The position numbers and the translations under genes are program-made. Source: a virus (taxonomy: Duplodnaviria > Caudoviricetes). From it: DNA of 62,786 bases. This document shows, piece by piece, positions 8,570-17,985 of this stretch; within the stretch, counting starts at the first letter, position 1; the number at the start of each line of letters is the position of its first letter. Location of the stretch: the IMG/VR virus record IMGVR_UViG_3300025168_000083, positions 1 through 62,786 of that record, one strand, 5' to 3'. The notes beneath the pieces are model-generated. The model did not search any database, was not told the origin of the DNA, and saw nothing but the letters and a program-made list of their open reading frames with translations.

Positions 8570-8806
8570 ATGACTCATATGATCGTAAATAATGAAGGTG
8601 AAATTGAGTTAGGTATTGATATTGCAATTGATCTTGCTAAAACATGCAAGGATCCGATACGGTTAGAGTTATCTTTTCCAAGTGTAGGGTTGATGAAAAT
8701 CTTTTCAACCAACCTAGTAAATTCTTTTATTGTTGGTGACGTACCGGCAGACAACAAGCTCGAACTTATCTTTAATGTACCGGATGAAGATAATGAGTAT
8801 TGTTGA
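8570..8806 (+). CDS. Hypothetical protein, paralog A
   Basis: AAGGAG RBS; shares ELGI..LA..FPSxG..IF..NL..F with 8854..9096. Confidence 0.75.
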   Translation: MTHMIVNNEGEIELGIDIAIDLAKTCKDPIRLELSFPSVGLMKIFSTNLVNSFIVGDVPADNKLELIFNVPDEDNEYC

Positions 8807-8900
8807 TCCTGATTATATATATGTAGAAATAGAACCGGGAGATGGAATCTTAATTGATAGGCCGGATTCCTTTGAAGACTATGATGAAGATGAAGATTAG
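8793..8900 (+). CDS. Acidic micro-ORF, 35 aa (not in the ORF track)
   Basis: MSIVDPDYIYVEIEPGDGILIDRPDSFEDYDEDED fills the gap between the paralogs. Confidence 0.4.
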   Translation: MSIVDPDYIYVEIEPGDGILIDRPDSFEDYDEDED

Positions 8901-9096
8901 TTGTGAACGTGAGCTAGAGCTTGGTATAAAAACTATGCTCAAGCTTGCTGCAATGGACGGCAGGAAAACCGTCATGATTGTATTCCCTAGTCAAGGGATG
9001 TGTGACATCTTCTTTCGTAATCTTCTAGATACTTTTGAAACTTTAGATATACAAGAGCCTGTAAACATAGACGCTATTCTGGTGTTGCCGGAATAA
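8881..9096 (+). CDS. Hypothetical protein, paralog B (start uncertain)
   Basis: Similar to 8570..8806. Confidence 0.7.
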   Translation: MMKMKISCERELELGIKTMLKLAAMDGRKTVMIVFPSQGMCDIFFRNLLDTFETLDIQEPVNIDAILVLPE

Positions 9097-9106
9097 GGAG
9101 TTAACA

Positions 9107-9769
9107 ATGAGCAGAGTATTAGTAATAGGTGATCTTCACCTACCAGCAGAACTACCAAATTATCTGGAGTTCTGTAAGAGCGTAAAGAAAAAGTACAAGA
9201 CTACTGAGGTTGTCTTCATTGGTGATGTGTTAGATCATCATGCTATTTCTTTTCACCAAAAGAATCCAGATGCCGACTCGGCTGTTGCTGAGTACCATCG
9301 GTCAATGGAAAACATGAAGGCTTGGAAGAAAGCATTCCCCAACGCTAAGGTTTGTATCGGTAACCATGACGAAAGAATTCAAAGACTTTCATCTAGTGCT
9401 GGCATTCCTGCAATGTATCTCAAGGATTACTGTGAAGTATTCGATACACCTAATTGGGAATGGGGATATGAGTGGGTGATTGACAACGTGTCATATACAC
9501 ACGGCACAGGTGCATCCTCAGGTACTACACCTGCATTCAACTCAGCCAAGGTAAGAGCACAGAGTTCAGTCAGTGGACATGTACACTCGGTAGCATGTAT
9601 CAATTGGATGCGTGGCCCAAACGGACAAAAGATTTTTGGATTTAATGTACCGTGTGGGGTTGACATGAACCACAAACTGATGTATTATAGTAAGAACTTT
9701 CTAAAGAAGCCAGTCAACGGGGCTGGCGTAGTAATTGATGGACATCCTTATATGGAGATTATGGACTAA
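9107..9769 (+). CDS. Calcineurin-like metallophosphoesterase
   Basis: GDLH, GDVLD, GNHD, HG and GHVH motifs. Confidence 0.9.
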   Translation: MSRVLVIGDLHLPAELPNYLEFCKSVKKKYKTTEVVFIGDVLDHHAISFHQKNPDADSAVAEYHRSMENMKAWKKAFPNAKVCIGNHDERIQRLSSSAGIPAMYLKDYCEVFDTPNWEWGYEWVIDNVSYTHGTGASSGTTPAFNSAKVRAQSSVSGHVHSVACINWMRGPNGQKIFGFNVPCGVDMNHKLMYYSKNFLKKPVNGAGVVIDGHPYMEIMD

Positions 9770-9957
9770 TGGATGAAACCAACACCCCAGTTGCGGACCC
9801 AAACGCTGTTTGGATTCCGCTCGAAGAAGTTGAGAAGTTTGTAGAGCACATTCGTAATATGCTTGTAATGACTCTCGAAAGCATTGATGGCTCGATGGAA
9901 GCTGTTAAGAATCATGTTAATACTGAAGGAGAAAACAATGATGACAACGAAGATTAA
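9769..9957 (+). CDS. Hypothetical protein, 62 aa
   Basis: TAATG coupling; GGAG RBS. Confidence 0.65.
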   Translation: MDETNTPVADPNAVWIPLEEVEKFVEHIRNMLVMTLESIDGSMEAVKNHVNTEGENNDDNED

Positions 9958-10474
9958 TCCATTTACAACAGATACGGTAGAAGTTAAGTGGGCTCACCTC
10001 CACGCCCCGGATGACAAGTTCGGTGCAGACTCAGCTAACCACAACATCACAATTGTTGTTGATAGTGAGCTTCAGATGAAGCTGGACCAGTTGGTCCAAG
10101 AGAACGGTGCAACTAAGATCAACGGTCTTCGTACAGACGACGACGGCTTGGTTACCCTTAAGGCAAAGTCAAAGACCTTCGTAAAGAAGGACGTTCGTGT
10201 GTTTCCCTGCCGGGATGCTGGTGCTAATCGTACCGAAGCTGTCCCGTTCGGCGGTGATGCAGTTCGTCTTCGTCTCGCTCCTGCTGTACTGACTCGGGAT
10301 AACTCCATGAGCCTGTACCTCAATGGTGTGCAGATCATTACGAAGAATGCTTTCGATGAGAGTGGCTTCGAAGCAACAGAAGGCTTCGACGGTTCCAACT
10401 TCATTCCTCCAACGGAGAAGAGTGAAGAAGTAACGGACACTGATAACGCTGACATCGATGGTATGCCCTTCTGA
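9938..10474 (+). CDS. Single-stranded DNA-binding protein (T7 gp2.5-like)
   Basis: WAHLHAPDDKF, LYLNGVQII, acidic tail ending in PF; gene position. Confidence 0.85.
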   Translation: MMTTKINPFTTDTVEVKWAHLHAPDDKFGADSANHNITIVVDSELQMKLDQLVQENGATKINGLRTDDDGLVTLKAKSKTFVKKDVRVFPCRDAGANRTEAVPFGGDAVRLRLAPAVLTRDNSMSLYLNGVQIITKNAFDESGFEATEGFDGSNFIPPTEKSEEVTDTDNADIDGMPF

Positions 10475-10857
10475 TGCCTGAATGGGTCTTTCCTCTTAGC
10501 CCTGTAGCTGCAAGTAGGCCTCGTGTTTCACGACACGGGGCTTACTTCGCAGGCCCATACAAGCATTTCAGGGCTGCCTGTACGGAGATTATTCCCACAG
10601 TTCTTGGTGATTCTTTTGAACCGTATGACCAACCACTAAAGGTTGATGTAGAAATATTTGTTAAACAACCCAAGAAAACTAAACTCATAGCACCTAAAGC
10701 AGACATTGATAACTATCTCAAGGCTATCTTTGATGTGCTTAATGGTAAACTTTGGCGGGACGATACTCTCATATACGAAGTGTATGCTGTTAAGAGTTGG
10801 GCTCCTAAAGAAAGCGATGGGTACTTTGTAGTTGGAGTTGATTGTTTAGGCCAGTAG
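10474..10857 (+). CDS. RusA-family Holliday junction resolvase
   Basis: ASRPRV and DIDNYLKAIFDVLNGKLWRDD motifs. Confidence 0.85.
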   Translation: MPEWVFPLSPVAASRPRVSRHGAYFAGPYKHFRAACTEIIPTVLGDSFEPYDQPLKVDVEIFVKQPKKTKLIAPKADIDNYLKAIFDVLNGKLWRDDTLIYEVYAVKSWAPKESDGYFVVGVDCLGQ

Positions 10858-10920
10858 CTCAGCGGTCAGAGCAGGCGGCTCATAATCGCTTAGTCCCCGG
10901 TTCGAATCCGGGCTGGCCTA
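10848..10920 (+). tRNA. tRNA with CAT anticodon, most likely tRNA-Ile2 (lysidine); Met not excluded
   Basis: AGGCCAG/CTGGCCT acceptor stem, GGCGG-CTCATAA-TCGCT anticodon arm, GGTTCGAATCC T-loop; no encoded CCA. Confidence 0.9.
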
Positions 10921-10921
10921 T

Positions 10922-10994
<73 letters not shown>

Positions 10995-10998
10995 CGTT

Positions 10999-11071
10999 GG
11001 CTCCGTAGCCCAACGGCAGAGGCAGTGGACTTAAAATCCATACAGTGTGGGTTCGAATCCCACCGGAGCTA
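10999..11071 (+). tRNA. tRNA-Leu(TAA) with a short variable loop
   Basis: GGCTCCG/CGGAGCT acceptor stem; GTGGA-CTTAAAA-TCCAT anticodon arm. Confidence 0.9.
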
Positions 11072-11085
11072 TTAAGGAGAAAAAT

Positions 11086-11481
11086 ATGATTAGGTACTTG
11101 ACACTAGCTATGATATCTGTTACACTATACGGATGCATAAGCCCCCCAGTAATGAACACTTCAGCAACGACTGGAGCAATAGACGCAATGACCACAGCAA
11201 CAACAGCAGGAGAATGTTCTCCAATGCTAAGTTGGTTGGGTGGAATATGCATACTAGCGGGAATGGCGATGCTCGTTTTATCTCGCGGAACAATGGGTTG
11301 GAGGCCTCTTATCGGAGGAATCATTTTCCTGTTGATTAATTATGCCATATCTCTATACGCAGATTGGTTCTTCCTTCCAGTTGCAATAAGTACAGGGGCA
11401 TTGAGCCTCGCTTGGGCTGGTAAGGTTGTTTGGAAAATTGTCAACGACGACAATATTAAACTTAAGGAGTTTAAAGTATGA
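11086..11481 (+). CDS. Predicted lipoprotein with 3 further hydrophobic helices
   Basis: AAGGAG RBS; MIRYLTLAMISVTLYG-C lipobox-like signal; hydrophobic segments. Confidence 0.75.
   Translation: MIRYLTLAMISVTLYGCISPPVMNTSATTGAIDAMTTATTAGECSPMLSWLGGICILAGMAMLVLSRGTMGWRPLIGGIIFLLINYAISLYADWFFLPVAISTGALSLAWAGKVVWKIVNDDNIKLKEFKV
11098..11126 (+). promoter_or_regulatory. Sigma70-type promoter inside the lipoprotein gene
   Basis: TTGACA(11098)-17 nt-TACACT(11121) with extended -10 TG. Confidence 0.5.
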
Positions 11482-11615
11482 TGGAATGGATGGATTCAGC
11501 ATTGGGTACTGTGTTCTACAGTATCGTAGTATTCATGGCAGGCTCAATAATCGGTCCCCACCTCTGGTGCTGGACTAAGAACAAGTGTCCTTTTATGTGC
11601 AAGGAATGCAAGTAG
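11478..11615 (+). CDS. Small membrane protein, 45 aa (not in the ORF track)
   Basis: AAGGAG RBS, ATGA overlap; MMEWMDSALGTVFYSIVVFMAGSIIGPHLWCW...CPFMCKECK. Confidence 0.7.
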   Translation: MMEWMDSALGTVFYSIVVFMAGSIIGPHLWCWTKNKCPFMCKECK

Positions 11616-11623
11616 GAGTTTGA

Positions 11624-13345
11624 ATGTCTAATGTAATCGACCGAGAACAGTGTCCTGTCTGCGCATCCCGTGGACAGGACACTTCTCGTGACAACCTAGC
11701 TATATATGACGATGGTCATAAGTATTGTTACTCATGTAGTCATTACGAACATGGAAAGATGAAAAAAATGATTGAAGAAAAACCACAGACAACCAGTAAC
11801 GGACTTCGGTTTCTTACAGGTAATGTCTCTGCAATTGGAGAACGTAAGATCAACGAGAAGACTGCTCGGTTCTATGATTACCAAGTTCTCAGTGCAAATG
11901 GAAAGAGAGTAGAGATTGCTTCCTTCTATAAGGATGGGAGTATTGTTTCTCAGAAGTTGAGAGGACCGAACAAAGTCTTCCAGTGGCGTGGAGAAACTTC
12001 CAAGAGTCCTCTATGGGGACAACATAAGTGGAAGAGTAAGAAGGGTAAGCGTCTTGTTATTACTGAAGGTGAGTATGATTGCATGACAGTCAGTCAACTT
12101 CTCGATAACAAGTGGCCCGTTGTCAGCCTGCCTAACGGTGCGGCTGGTGCTGAGCGTGCTATCCGAGACAACCTAGAGTTCGTCAGCAGCTACGAAGAAG
12201 TAGTACTAATGTTTGACGAGGATGATGCTGGTCAGGATGCAGTCAAGAAGGTTGCAGAGTTGCTGCCTCCGGGCAAGTGCAAGATCGCTTCACTTCCCTA
12301 CAAGGATGCCAACGAATGCTTGCTAAAGAATGACGGCAAGTCTGTTGTGCAGGCCATGTGGGAAGCACAGCAATACTCACCTGACGAGATCCTTCATGTA
12401 TCTAAGGTTGCAAATACAGAAGCAATGGATAACGTAAGAGTATATCCCTTCCCGTTCGATAACCTCTCAAACTTCCTGCTTGGTCAGCGTAGTGGAGAGA
12501 TTACACTATGGGCCTCAGGTACAGGTAGTGGCAAGTCTACTATCCTGCGTGAGATTATCCACCACCACCTTGAAGAAGGTCGTAGTGTTGGTGCTATCAT
12601 GCTTGAAGAATCACCACAAGAAACTGTCGATGATATCGTATCACTGATCCTGAACAAACCTGTTCGTGCTATCAGAGCTAAGAAGATTATGAATGATCTT
12701 CGAGTAAAGCTTGGCAAGTCACCTATTGAGATTGATGTGATTGATGATCTTACAGATGAGGAATATGCAGATGCTAGAAAGCAACTGGAAAGATCTTCAC
12801 TGTATGTATATGATCACCTCGGTAACAACGGACTACAGAATCTATGTGCTCGTATCGAGTTCATGGCTGTATCTCTTGGTGTAGATGTTATTGTCATTGA
12901 CCATATCACTGCTGCTGCGGCTGGCCTGTTGACAAGCGAGAATGATTTCGATGGTGGATCGTCAGAACGATTGCTTATTGATAACATCATGAAGGAACTA
13001 CGTGCTCTGGTCTCTCGTACTGGTGTGCGTATCGATGTTGTGTCACAGCTTAAGAAGACAAACAAGGCTTACGAAGAAGGTGATAGGATTACCCTCCAAG
13101 ATCTTCGTGGCTCTGGTTCTCTTGCGTCTGTACCTAACACTGTCATTGCTCTTGAGCGTGACAGACAGAACCCTGATGAGAGGATCTCTAATACTACTCT
13201 TGTTCGTGTTCTTAAGAACAGACTAACAGGCAAGTCAGGAATTGCTACCTGTTTGTTCTTCGACCATGGCACAGGTCGTATGAAAGAAGTAGACTTTGCT
13301 ATCAGTGATGAGGGCAAAGTTGTCAACGATTGGGCTTCGTCTTGA
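11624..13345 (+). CDS. DNA primase-helicase (T7 gp4-like)
   Basis: Zn finger CPVC..CYSC, TOPRIM ITEGEYD and FDEDDAG, Walker A SGTGSGKS, IDHI, DLRGSG, VLKNR. Confidence 0.97.
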   Translation: MSNVIDREQCPVCASRGQDTSRDNLAIYDDGHKYCYSCSHYEHGKMKKMIEEKPQTTSNGLRFLTGNVSAIGERKINEKTARFYDYQVLSANGKRVEIASFYKDGSIVSQKLRGPNKVFQWRGETSKSPLWGQHKWKSKKGKRLVITEGEYDCMTVSQLLDNKWPVVSLPNGAAGAERAIRDNLEFVSSYEEVVLMFDEDDAGQDAVKKVAELLPPGKCKIASLPYKDANECLLKNDGKSVVQAMWEAQQYSPDEILHVSKVANTEAMDNVRVYPFPFDNLSNFLLGQRSGEITLWASGTGSGKSTILREIIHHHLEEGRSVGAIMLEESPQETVDDIVSLILNKPVRAIRAKKIMNDLRVKLGKSPIEIDVIDDLTDEEYADARKQLERSSLYVYDHLGNNGLQNLCARIEFMAVSLGVDVIVIDHITAAAAGLLTSENDFDGGSSERLLIDNIMKELRALVSRTGVRIDVVSQLKKTNKAYEEGDRITLQDLRGSGSLASVPNTVIALERDRQNPDERISNTTLVRVLKNRLTGKSGIATCLFFDHGTGRMKEVDFAISDEGKVVNDWASS

Positions 13346-13989
13346 TCGTTGTGACCGGAGCAGGCAGGTGCGGGTCTAGCCTTATGATGCAGACCCTGCA
13401 CCTGCTTGGTGTCCCTATGTTGGGAGATCCAGAGAATGATAAGGGTAGAAACACCCTAAAGGATTATGACAAGTCAGGTAAAATAGCAGAAAAAATAATA
13501 GATGTAAACCCCAAGGGTTATTGGGAACTCCCCATCAATACGTTATATGATAACCTAAGCTATGGCTTTGGTGATCACTGCGGTAAGGCTATAAAAGTAT
13601 TAAGTGGTTTGTTTACAGACATTGATGCTACAGCAGTAGAAAAAGTTATTCTATGTCGAAGATCTAATACCTATAAGCAAGCAGAAAAAATACTTGAGCT
13701 TGCTAACTTAGACTTAGAGATAAGAGATAGTAACCCTGACACCTCCCCTCTTATAGAGTGGTATAGAGGGAAAACAATTATGGATATTGTTCTCGTTCAA
13801 GACTTGCAACTAAATTACACACGACATATAATAAAGACGAACAACATACCATCACTAGATATATTGTTTGAAGACATCGTAAGCAATCCCCAAGAGGAGA
13901 TTGAAAAAGTAGTCCGCTTCCTAGAGTTGGATGTGGATATTTCAAGGGCCGTAGAAAATGTGGATGTACGTAATGAGACTAGCGTTTGA
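13330..13989 (+). CDS. Sulfotransferase-family protein (start may be 13342 or 13351)
   Basis: VVTGAGRCGSSLMMQTL PAPS-binding loop; NPKGYWE; FEDIVSNPQEEIEKVVRFLEL. Confidence 0.75.
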   Translation: MGFVLIVVTGAGRCGSSLMMQTLHLLGVPMLGDPENDKGRNTLKDYDKSGKIAEKIIDVNPKGYWELPINTLYDNLSYGFGDHCGKAIKVLSGLFTDIDATAVEKVILCRRSNTYKQAEKILELANLDLEIRDSNPDTSPLIEWYRGKTIMDIVLVQDLQLNYTRHIIKTNNIPSLDILFEDIVSNPQEEIEKVVRFLELDVDISRAVENVDVRNETSV

Positions 13990-15670
13990 TATTGAATCTA
14001 ATGGATTGAATGAAGTTATAATTAATAAGAAGGGTGATGCAGTGCCTGAAGGTACTAAGGTCTGGTGTCTTGTTGCCCAAGACATTGACACAGGAAACGT
14101 CTGGGCGTTTACTGAAAACGATATTGACATGGGTGTAGAGCTTCTACGCAATGCCGAACTTATCGTAGGCCACAACATTGCTATGTTTGACATTCCCTTT
14201 CTCGAAAGACTGTACGGTCCTATCAACACCCCGGTAATGGATACACTGATTGTATCTAAGCTGATGTATCCTGATAGGCAAGACCACCCGCTTGGTGGTA
14301 ACTCCCTAGAATGCTGGGGCAAGCACCTTGGTGTAGAAAAAATAGACTTCTCAGATGGCTGGGATATCTTTACTGAAGACATGCTTACTTACTGCAAGCA
14401 AGATGTCAAGGTCAATGTAGATATCTTTAAGGCACAACAAGAGTTTGTTGAGGAGTATCCTAAGTCAGTAAGGCTAGAGCATTTGGTATCCCGTATCATC
14501 TCAGATCAAATCTGTAATGGTATTGGATTTGATATTGAGGCTGCTGACAAACTAGAACAAGATCTCTTTATGGAAAAGGTGTTAATAGAAGATGAGATGT
14601 CACAGATATTTCCGCCTATTGTTGAAGAGCGGTGGTCGGAGAAGACTGGAAAGCAACTTAAGGACAAGGTTACTCACTTCAACCCTTCTTCGAGACAACA
14701 GATTGCCAGCAGGCTTAAGGCAAAGTATAACTGGCATCCTCCAAGAACCGAAAAGGGAAACCCTAAGGTCGATGCTGCTGTGCTTAAAGAGCTTCCGTAT
14801 CCAGAAGCTAAATCGCTGGTTAGATACTTTGATATACAGAAACTTTTGGGTATGGTTTCCGATTGGATTAATCGTTCTCGTTCTTCTCGTGATGGAAGAA
14901 TACATGGTTCAGTAAATCCACAGGGTACTGTGACAGGTCGCATGACCGCATCACAACCAAATCTACAACAAGTAAGTAGTGACCCTAGATCTCGTGAGCT
15001 ATTCGTACCTCGGGAGGGATGGGTTCAGGTAGGCATTGACGCTTCTGGTCTTGAGGCTAGGCTTCTGGCTAATCGTATGGCTCCGTGGGATAACGGGGAG
15101 TATGGTAGAGCTGTTGTAGATGGTGACATCCACAAAACAAACATGGAGGCTACTGGTATAGAAGAAAGAGCGGTAGTCAAAACATTCTTCTACGGATTTA
15201 TCTATGGTGCTGGAGATGCTAAGGTCGGTAAGATCATCGGCAAGAATGCACGAGCAGGTAAAGAGTTGAAAGAAAAGTTCTTGACTAGTATGCCTGCATT
15301 GAAAGAATTAATTGAGAATGTTAAGTTCCAAGTAGCTAAGAAGGGAACGATTACATTATTGGATCAACGTGAAGTTCCGTGCCGTGCTGCACACAAAGCA
15401 TTGAATGTGCAACTGCAAGGTGACGGAGCTATACTAATGAAACTAGCCCAATGTTTATTCAGCTATGAGTTAAACAAAAAATTCAAGGGTAGGTATGCTT
15501 TCATGGCTACTGTTCACGATGAGTGGCAGATTGAATGTGACCCTGCTATTGCTGAAGAAGTGGGTGAGTTAGGTAAACGTTGTATTACTGATTCAGGTAA
15601 TAGACTTAGTTGTCTTGTACCGATGGACGGGGATTTTAGAATAGGAAGGAACTGGTCAGAATGTCATTGA
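13973..15670 (+). CDS. DNA polymerase family A (T7 gp5-like) with 3'-5' exonuclease
   Basis: FDIESNG, GHNIAMFD, DASGLEAR, KTFFYGFIYG, VHDE. Confidence 0.97.
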   Translation: MRLAFDIESNGLNEVIINKKGDAVPEGTKVWCLVAQDIDTGNVWAFTENDIDMGVELLRNAELIVGHNIAMFDIPFLERLYGPINTPVMDTLIVSKLMYPDRQDHPLGGNSLECWGKHLGVEKIDFSDGWDIFTEDMLTYCKQDVKVNVDIFKAQQEFVEEYPKSVRLEHLVSRIISDQICNGIGFDIEAADKLEQDLFMEKVLIEDEMSQIFPPIVEERWSEKTGKQLKDKVTHFNPSSRQQIASRLKAKYNWHPPRTEKGNPKVDAAVLKELPYPEAKSLVRYFDIQKLLGMVSDWINRSRSSRDGRIHGSVNPQGTVTGRMTASQPNLQQVSSDPRSRELFVPREGWVQVGIDASGLEARLLANRMAPWDNGEYGRAVVDGDIHKTNMEATGIEERAVVKTFFYGFIYGAGDAKVGKIIGKNARAGKELKEKFLTSMPALKELIENVKFQVAKKGTITLLDQREVPCRAAHKALNVQLQGDGAILMKLAQCLFSYELNKKFKGRYAFMATVHDEWQIECDPAIAEEVGELGKRCITDSGNRLSCLVPMDGDFRIGRNWSECH

Positions 15671-15996
15671 TCAAAAGAACACTAAGAGTTTATATCGCTG
15701 GACCCATGCGTGGGTATGAGAATAATAATCACGAAGCCTTTGATTCGGCTGAGAAGAAGTTACTAAGTAAAAGAATTTGGGATCCTGTTAATCCTGCCCG
15801 AGTAGATCGTAATGCTGGGGTAGACCCTGCTGACGATATGTCTAAGCTTGAACTTAAGGAAGCACTGAAGAGAGATGTTGATCTTGTCTTTGAGTGTGAC
15901 TCTATCTATATGCTTAGGGGTTGGGAAAAGAGTGAGGGTGCAAGGATGGAGCACGCTCTAGCCGTAGCACTCAGCTTAGGAATCCATTACGAATGA
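15661..15996 (+). CDS. DUF4406 / nucleoside 2-deoxyribosyltransferase-like protein
   Basis: VYIAGPMRG...NPA...CDSIYMLRGWEKSEGARME. Confidence 0.8.
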   Translation: MSLIKRTLRVYIAGPMRGYENNNHEAFDSAEKKLLSKRIWDPVNPARVDRNAGVDPADDMSKLELKEALKRDVDLVFECDSIYMLRGWEKSEGARMEHALAVALSLGIHYE

Positions 15997-16529
15997 TATC
16001 AAACACATCCAAATCTTATACTTTCGAAGACACTGAGGTTTCGGTTGTGTTTTATAATCTATCAAAGTACTTCAGATCTCCTAACGCTATGAAAGAAAAG
16101 CTGTGGGTTCGTATAGGATATCACATAATTAGCTTTGTTAACTTGACACGGCTTCACCATTGTGGTATAATATTCACAAGAGGAGACAACTCTGTTGTGC
16201 TTATGACATCTAGAACACACCGAGCAAAATTCATAGACGCAAAGAGATTTCATGAGAGGTATTACAGACCGAGTAAAAGAATTGACTTGGGTTTAGCAAA
16301 GGTATCTATTAACCAGATGACTGATTATATTAAAGAACCCTACCAAGGAAACATACCAAGCATGTTGTTATGGTATTTTATAACAAACCCTCTACTCATT
16401 CTGAATTCCTTACAACCAAAGACTTGTGCTTTGTTAATTTCAAACATGTTAAGATTGTGTGGTTATGATGTGGCTGACTGTGTTATGCCAAAAAGACTAC
16501 ATAAGGAGTTAAATAAATTATGCAGTTAA
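15993..16529 (+). CDS. Putative permuted papain-like (NlpC/P60 superfamily) enzyme
   Basis: HCGIIF precedes TCALLI and a late MPKRL (His-before-Cys order). Confidence 0.5.
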   Translation: MISNTSKSYTFEDTEVSVVFYNLSKYFRSPNAMKEKLWVRIGYHIISFVNLTRLHHCGIIFTRGDNSVVLMTSRTHRAKFIDAKRFHERYYRPSKRIDLGLAKVSINQMTDYIKEPYQGNIPSMLLWYFITNPLLILNSLQPKTCALLISNMLRLCGYDVADCVMPKRLHKELNKLCS

Positions 16530-17230
16530 TAGTAATTGCCGGACAAGCCGGAGTAGGTAAGACAACTCTTGCACATTACATTGCTAAGCACGCATTTGAA
16601 CTTGGACTTGTTCCAAAGATTATGTCGTTTGCTGGCCCTCTTAAAGAAGAGTCAGCAGCTAAGGGCTTTGATAAAGAAACACACCCAAAAGAATACCGAG
16701 AGTATTGTCAAACTATGGGTGTACTTAAGAGAGAAGCTAACCCAGACTACTGGGTAGAGAAGTTTGAGGATCAGTTAGAAGAGATTGCTTCTACAGAAAT
16801 TAAAGACTTACGTTCTGGTAAATCATTCTGGGAACGTTGTGTTATTGTAGATGACTGTCGCTTCCTAAACGAATTAAACGTTGGTCGTAAGTGGAATGCC
16901 CGATTAATCTTTATGTCTTATGGGACTAGAGAGATGAAGGATCCTAATGGCGAGTGGCGTAGCCATGAATCTGAAGCATTGGCTAATAGAGTTGTCGATG
17001 GTAATGAAGAGTATAGAAATATGTTTACTCATATTGTAATCAACAACAAGACAGAGAAAGAACTTAGAGAAAAGACAGAGTTCATGGCCCCTATCTGGTG
17101 CGGAGTTCAGCACGAAACACTAGAAGATAAGAAGGCTACTCTTTCTGATTACATAGAAGAGTTACTCGATGTTCTTATGATGGAAGAATTAGATGAAGAC
17201 AAAGAAGAAGAACACTACGATTCCGACTAA
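16520..17230 (+). CDS. Deoxynucleoside monophosphate kinase
   Basis: GQAGVGKTT, SFAGPLK, DDCRFLNE, HESE. Confidence 0.88.
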   Translation: MQLIVIAGQAGVGKTTLAHYIAKHAFELGLVPKIMSFAGPLKEESAAKGFDKETHPKEYREYCQTMGVLKREANPDYWVEKFEDQLEEIASTEIKDLRSGKSFWERCVIVDDCRFLNELNVGRKWNARLIFMSYGTREMKDPNGEWRSHESEALANRVVDGNEEYRNMFTHIVINNKTEKELREKTEFMAPIWCGVQHETLEDKKATLSDYIEELLDVLMMEELDEDKEEEHYDSD

Positions 17231-17951
17231 GGCGTACCTTGATGGGGACATCATCTTATACAAGGCTGCTTTCTGGGCTGATGCTGAAGATCCAGATCAG
17301 ATACCCCAGAAGGTAGCTAGAGATATAAAGAGATGGACTCCAGAAGGGGTGACTAAAACAATCATCACCCTCTCTTGTAGCCGAAGTGATAATTATAGAA
17401 GAAAGATATGGCCTAAGTATAAGTTGTTTAGAGATGATGTATACCGGCCTGAGTATTTAGATACTGTTCGAGAACATATACTAGATACCTATAAGACCAT
17501 AGAGTTTGATACTATAGAAGCTGACGATATCATGGGTATCTATGCTTCATCAAACCGAGGCATTGCTGTAACTATTGATAAAGATTTAAGAGGAGTAAGA
17601 GGGTGGCACTACAATCCTGATAAGGACAAGGAGCCACGTTATGTTTCTCCTGAAGAAGCCGAGAGATTCTTTTGTCAACAGTGGTTGACTGGAGATAGTA
17701 CTGATGGTATCCCCGGATTGTGGAGAGTCGGCCCGAAAAAGGCAGATAAGTTCCTAGATGAGTGGGAAGAAGAAGGATTGGACTGGTATACTGAGATCAT
17801 GGGTTTGTATAAGGTTGAGAAATATCAACCCAAAGAAACTTGTGGATTGGAGCCGGAAGAGTTAGCAGTAGTCATGGGACAGTGTGTCAAAATACTATCC
17901 ACTGAAAATTTTAATCTAAAAACCAAAGAATTAAAGCTTTGGCGGCCCTAA
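17193..17951 (+). CDS. 5'-3' exonuclease (T7 gp6-like)
   Basis: LDGDII, EADDIMG, IDKDL, GDSTDGIPG. Confidence 0.93.
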   Translation: MKTKKKNTTIPTKAYLDGDIILYKAAFWADAEDPDQIPQKVARDIKRWTPEGVTKTIITLSCSRSDNYRRKIWPKYKLFRDDVYRPEYLDTVREHILDTYKTIEFDTIEADDIMGIYASSNRGIAVTIDKDLRGVRGWHYNPDKDKEPRYVSPEEAERFFCQQWLTGDSTDGIPGLWRVGPKKADKFLDEWEEEGLDWYTEIMGLYKVEKYQPKETCGLEPEELAVVMGQCVKILSTENFNLKTKELKLWRP

Positions 17952-17985
17952 AGTTGGGCTATAAAGTATAAAGGAGAGGGGTTAC

